Source: a virus
IMG/VR virus record: IMGVR_UViG_3300013132_000033
Coordinates: 1-64,000 of that record
Direction: 5' to 3' (one strand)
DNA: 64,000 bases
Every line of letters begins with the position of its first letter. Positions within the stretch are counted from its first letter, which is position 1. The notes below the pieces were generated by a model. The model made no database searches. It saw only the letters and a list, made by a program, of their open reading frames with translations, and was not told where the DNA came from. Shown here piece by piece: positions 60,751-64,000 of this stretch. Both the position numbers and the translations under genes were made by a program.

Positions 60751-61688
60751 TTAAAATAGTGAATGTTTTGGTTTAAATTTAACTACTTCGTTATTTGCTT
60801 GAACGATGTAGTATTGATAATTAATATTATAATCTTTTGGATTAGTACTTTGAACTTGATTTAATAATTGACTATAATATGATTTTCCTTTTTGAGGATG
60901 CGCATTGAGATATTCATACGATCCTTTTGAATATACTTTTTTAAATATCATACCTGTTTTAGATATGATATATCTTATTGTCTTTGGTAATTTAGTTACA
61001 GTATTATTATTTGTGATACCTATAAAAGAACTATCTTGTTTAGCCCTAACGCCTATACAATAATCAAAAATATTATCACCATTAATAATTGTATCTTCTA
61101 CAGGTGTGTTATACAAAAAATAATTATAAATAGCTTTTCTAACTATTAATTCAGATTTATTTTTATGTAACGGTAAATTTTCAAACTCAAAACTACCTTT
61201 ACATTTTGCTTTACCATTAGTATAAATTGCAATATAATTGTTGACATCTCGAATAATCATTTTACTATAATAAGCGTATTCTAATTGAAGTCTAGTTATA
61301 GACTCCCATTGTTTACAAATATTATAATATTCTGATTCATGTTGTTTTCTAAGTTTACAAGTTAAACCGTCTGTATTTATTTGAATAAGTGTCAAATCAG
61401 GTATTTCCATTAATTGTTCAGCTAACATTGTTAACATTAACTGACCATTAATAGTTGTAGATAATGTATATTTAAAATCACGTAACCAAGAAGTTTCTTC
61501 ATTACTTTTACCGTAGACACTATTAGCAGCTTCTTTATAACCGGCAACAATAACAAAATCTCCATTTTTACCTTTTGCTTTTTCACGTAATCTTACATCT
61601 ACAATATCTTCTTTGTAAACTCTACTAAATTCTTCTCCTAAATGTTCAGGATATAAATTATTTACTGTAGCTATACTTGGGTATAGTG
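60751..61688 (-). CDS. polB: family B DNA polymerase, exon 2
   Basis: Open frame upstream of track ORF 60751-61437 gives (S)LYPS, KEAANSVYGK (motif B) and NTDG (motif C). Confidence 0.9.
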
Positions 61689-61706
61689 CATACCCTCTGA
61701 ATATTT

Positions 61707-62501
61707 CTATTCAGTTTGGACTTTATCATCAATTAAAACCTTATTCCACCAATATCCATACATACTTGGTTTTTCACCACTACATACTGCATAAATATTG
61801 TGTCGTTTGTAATCAGGGTTTTGCTCTAACAATTCATAAACGGTATTCCATCTTTTTATTAAAGTTTGTTTATCTTTAGTATATTGATCTATATAATATT
61901 TAGTTATTTTTTGAGATTGCTTTAATATATCCTGTTTTTTAATTTCAGGATTATTTTCATATTTTTGTTTTCTAGTATATACACCTTTTACTTGAATTTC
62001 ATATGGAACTTTTTTTCTATTACCTTCTTTAAAAGTTTTTAATATCTTTTCTGACATTATTTTCTTTTGTTCTTCTGTCCATTTATTATTAAAATTTGGA
62101 TTGAGTTCTCCTTTCATTCTTTTTTTTAATAATTCTCTTGTTTTTTCATGAACAAAAGATTGGGAAGAAGAATCTTGTCTAAGATTATATCCATAATTTA
62201 AATCAGTAGTATTGTAATACTTCATCCAATATAATTCTCTGTCTTTAATATTATTTTGAAAATTTTCTGAATGAATATCTATTTCTTCTAAAATTTCATA
62301 TATAAAATTATTTTTTCCATATTTATGCCAAGAATTAATTAAATATCTATTACAATCTTTAGATTTACTAGTTAACCCGCAAATATGATTTGCAATTCTA
62401 TTATTAATATTAATTGATTTTCCAATATACCTTTTTCCGTTTATTATATTGATAATGCAATAAATTCCCGATTTGTTTTTAAGTTGTTTGTTTATCTTCA
62501 T
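61707..62501 (-). CDS. GIY-YIG homing endonuclease (intron-encoded)
   Basis: SGIYCI...YIGKS...R...E...GYN; C-terminal NUMOD-like DNA-binding region. Confidence 0.9.
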   Translation of the reverse strand: MKINKQLKNKSGIYCIINIINGKRYIGKSININNRIANHICGLTSKSKDCNRYLINSWHKYGKNNFIYEILEEIDIHSENFQNNIKDRELYWMKYYNTTDLNYGYNLRQDSSSQSFVHEKTRELLKKRMKGELNPNFNNKWTEEQKKIMSEKILKTFKEGNRKKVPYEIQVKGVYTRKQKYENNPEIKKQDILKQSQKITKYYIDQYTKDKQTLIKRWNTVYELLEQNPDYKRHNIYAVCSGEKPSMYGYWWNKVLIDDKVQTE

Positions 62502-62520
62502 ATCTTTTTTAAATTTATTA

Positions 62521-62552
62521 CAAAGATACGACGTTTCTTCTCTATATCCAAA
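62521..62552 (-). promoter_or_regulatory. Bacteroidota sigma-A type promoter for the homing endonuclease
   Basis: Minus strand TTTG-N20-TATCTTTG, about 20 nt upstream of the ATG at 62501. Confidence 0.65.
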
Positions 62553-62780
62553 TATTTTAACAACTTTAACAAAACTTTAACGTTTTAATGCTTCCTGTTA
62601 AGTCTCTGAACCTTATTCTCATATTTTTGTGAGAATCTTGGCTGCGGATTGACCAATACTTTCTCTTTTTACTATACTCAATTGATTAGATTGACCACTA
62701 TATACATCACTGTCATAGTTTAGTAAGAAAGTCTCTAAGGTTATTCCCGCAATTTAAGAAGTTTTAGTTGCGCCACTTTA

Positions 62781-63675
62781 ACGCAACATCGGCATCAAGA
62801 ATTATCCAATCATTGTCAGCATTTACAATTTCAGTATTTACACTACCATGTATACCGCCTTTACCATAATCAAATTGAAATCCTTTATAAATAAAAGATT
62901 TATTAAATTTTTCTGTTGGTTCAATATTTTTATCTTTAAACCAATTTAATAAACCTTGTAATTCTATATTTTTAAATTGTATATACGGAAAAAGTATATC
63001 TTTTACATATACATTTGTACGTATAGTTTGTTTTTTACTAATTTCTTTTTTATTAGCTTTAACTGCTTTACAGTATAAATCTAACATTAATTCTGATCCT
63101 ATTTTACTATTACTAGCATTTATAAAATTTATACCATATTTGCTAGTTAAACTTATTCTTAACTGTAATTCTTTTTCATACAGTTTAAATAATTGATCTG
63201 TAGCATTTACATCATTAATACAATATTTTATAGTAGCATCAGCTTCTTCTCTTGAATTAACATGACCATGATAAGGCATATCTTCAAGATTTGGCCAATC
63301 AACCATAAATTCACACCATTTTAAACTTACCATTCTGTTTTTATTATCAAGATGTAATATCTTGTAAATATCAACATTAAATATAGTTCGTTTGTATATA
63401 GGAACAATTATTTCTTCTTGTTCAATTATTCTTACTGTATATTCATGAATTTGTTTAGCAGTTAACTTTCTTAATTTTAACAGTTCGATAATTTGACCAT
63501 CAAAATTTAAATTGTTATATCCGCGTAAAGAATTAACAGTTTTTAAAAAAGCTACTAATTCATTATACTCATTTTTCCAATCACTTATTTCAAAGATTTT
63601 ATAATTATCTTCATTTTTAAATACAGCACAAAAGAAATTAGGTAGAGTTTCTACATCATAAGTCCAATTTGCCAT
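62781..63675 (-). CDS. polB: family B DNA polymerase, exon 1 (3'-5' exonuclease domain and start of motif A)
   Basis: YDVE (ExoI), GYNNLNFD (ExoII), YCINDV (ExoIII), GGIHG, DADVA; spliced product 610 aa. Confidence 0.9.
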
Positions 63676-64000
63676 AAGAAATATTGACTATCTTTAATTG
63701 CATTGCAAAATTATTTTTACAATATTGTTTCCAATATTTTGATGTATAATGATCTGGAGTTTCCAATCGTCTAAGAAATATTTGAATTCCTAACTTTAAC
63801 TTTTTGTCTTCAGTATTTTTAAATACTTCTTTTAGATTAGCAATTCTTAACCTTAATTTATTAGTTTCTAGATTTAATTGACGTTTATCAATTAAACCTG
63901 GAATACCAGTAGTATATGCTAATATACCATCAGTATGATAATTTGGAGGATCTTTGGGTTCATTTACTGATTGCTGATAAGGTTTATTACTAGCTTCCTC
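63656..64000 (-). CDS. 3' part of a hypothetical protein (truncated at window end)
   Basis: Open frame of 115 codons from 64000 to TGA at 63658-63656, overlapping the polB start. Confidence 0.6.
   Translation of the reverse strand, partial: EEASNKPYQQSVNEPKDPPNYHTDGILAYTTGIPGLIDKRQLNLETNKLRLRIANLKEVFKNTEDKKLKLGIQIFLRRLETPDHYTSKYWKQYCKNNFAMQLKIVNISYGKLDL

Larger units (their letters stand above)
61689..62780 (-). ncRNA. group I self-splicing intron in polB
   Basis: 5' splice site after U in a P1 helix (GUUGCGU/GCGCAAC with U.G), terminal G at 61689, P/Q/R/S-like elements (AAUUGCGGGA, AAUCCGCAGC, UUCAGAGACU, GAUAAAGUCC), P9 CUGAAUA-GAAA-UAUUCAG; splicing restores DVASLYPS. Confidence 0.9.

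Noticed and set aside
62764-63675. Standalone exonuclease plus a separate 228-aa polymerase fragment
   Set aside because: They are exons of one PolB joined by group I intron splicing
1-64000. Stop-codon reassignment as in some Crassvirales
   Set aside because: Long ORFs are intact in the standard code, and TAG and TGA end genes at sensible positions

Overview
This is an AT-rich segment of a Crassvirales-like (crAss-like) phage genome, probably infecting a Bacteroidota host (Bacteroidota-type TTTG-N20-TAnnTTTG promoter; standard genetic code). The + strand (1-38836) carries late genes: tail fibre-like proteins, holin, metallophosphoesterase, a PD-(D/E)xK nuclease, tail ring/IHF-like/muzzle proteins, giant cargo proteins, a 2343-aa virion RNA polymerase, ferritin and a DUF5675 protein. 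It meets the - strand block at a bidirectional terminator (~38852-38888). The - strand block carries a family B DNA polymerase split by a group I intron with a GIY-YIG homing endonuclease, class II RNR, SF2 and DnaB helicases, primase, an AAA ATPase, a 7-gene phiEco32-like amidoligase/ATP-grasp/glutamine amidotransferase cluster, a resolvase and nucleotide pyrophosphatases. The standout feature is at 58453-60738, most of which the ORF track misses. A C-terminally truncated FGE-sulfatase/C-type-lectin-fold gene is followed by 12 tandem, translationally coupled ~44-aa mini-gene units. Each unit encodes the missing C-terminal 'GGSW...CR...R...GFRL' segment. Several units have GC-rich cores (61-73% by hand count) with the codon signature of diversity-generating-retroelement (DGR) variable repeats, yet no reverse transcriptase or template repeat is visible in the window. 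My inference is a split receptor, with one scaffold and a library of captured, interchangeable DGR-derived variable peptides.
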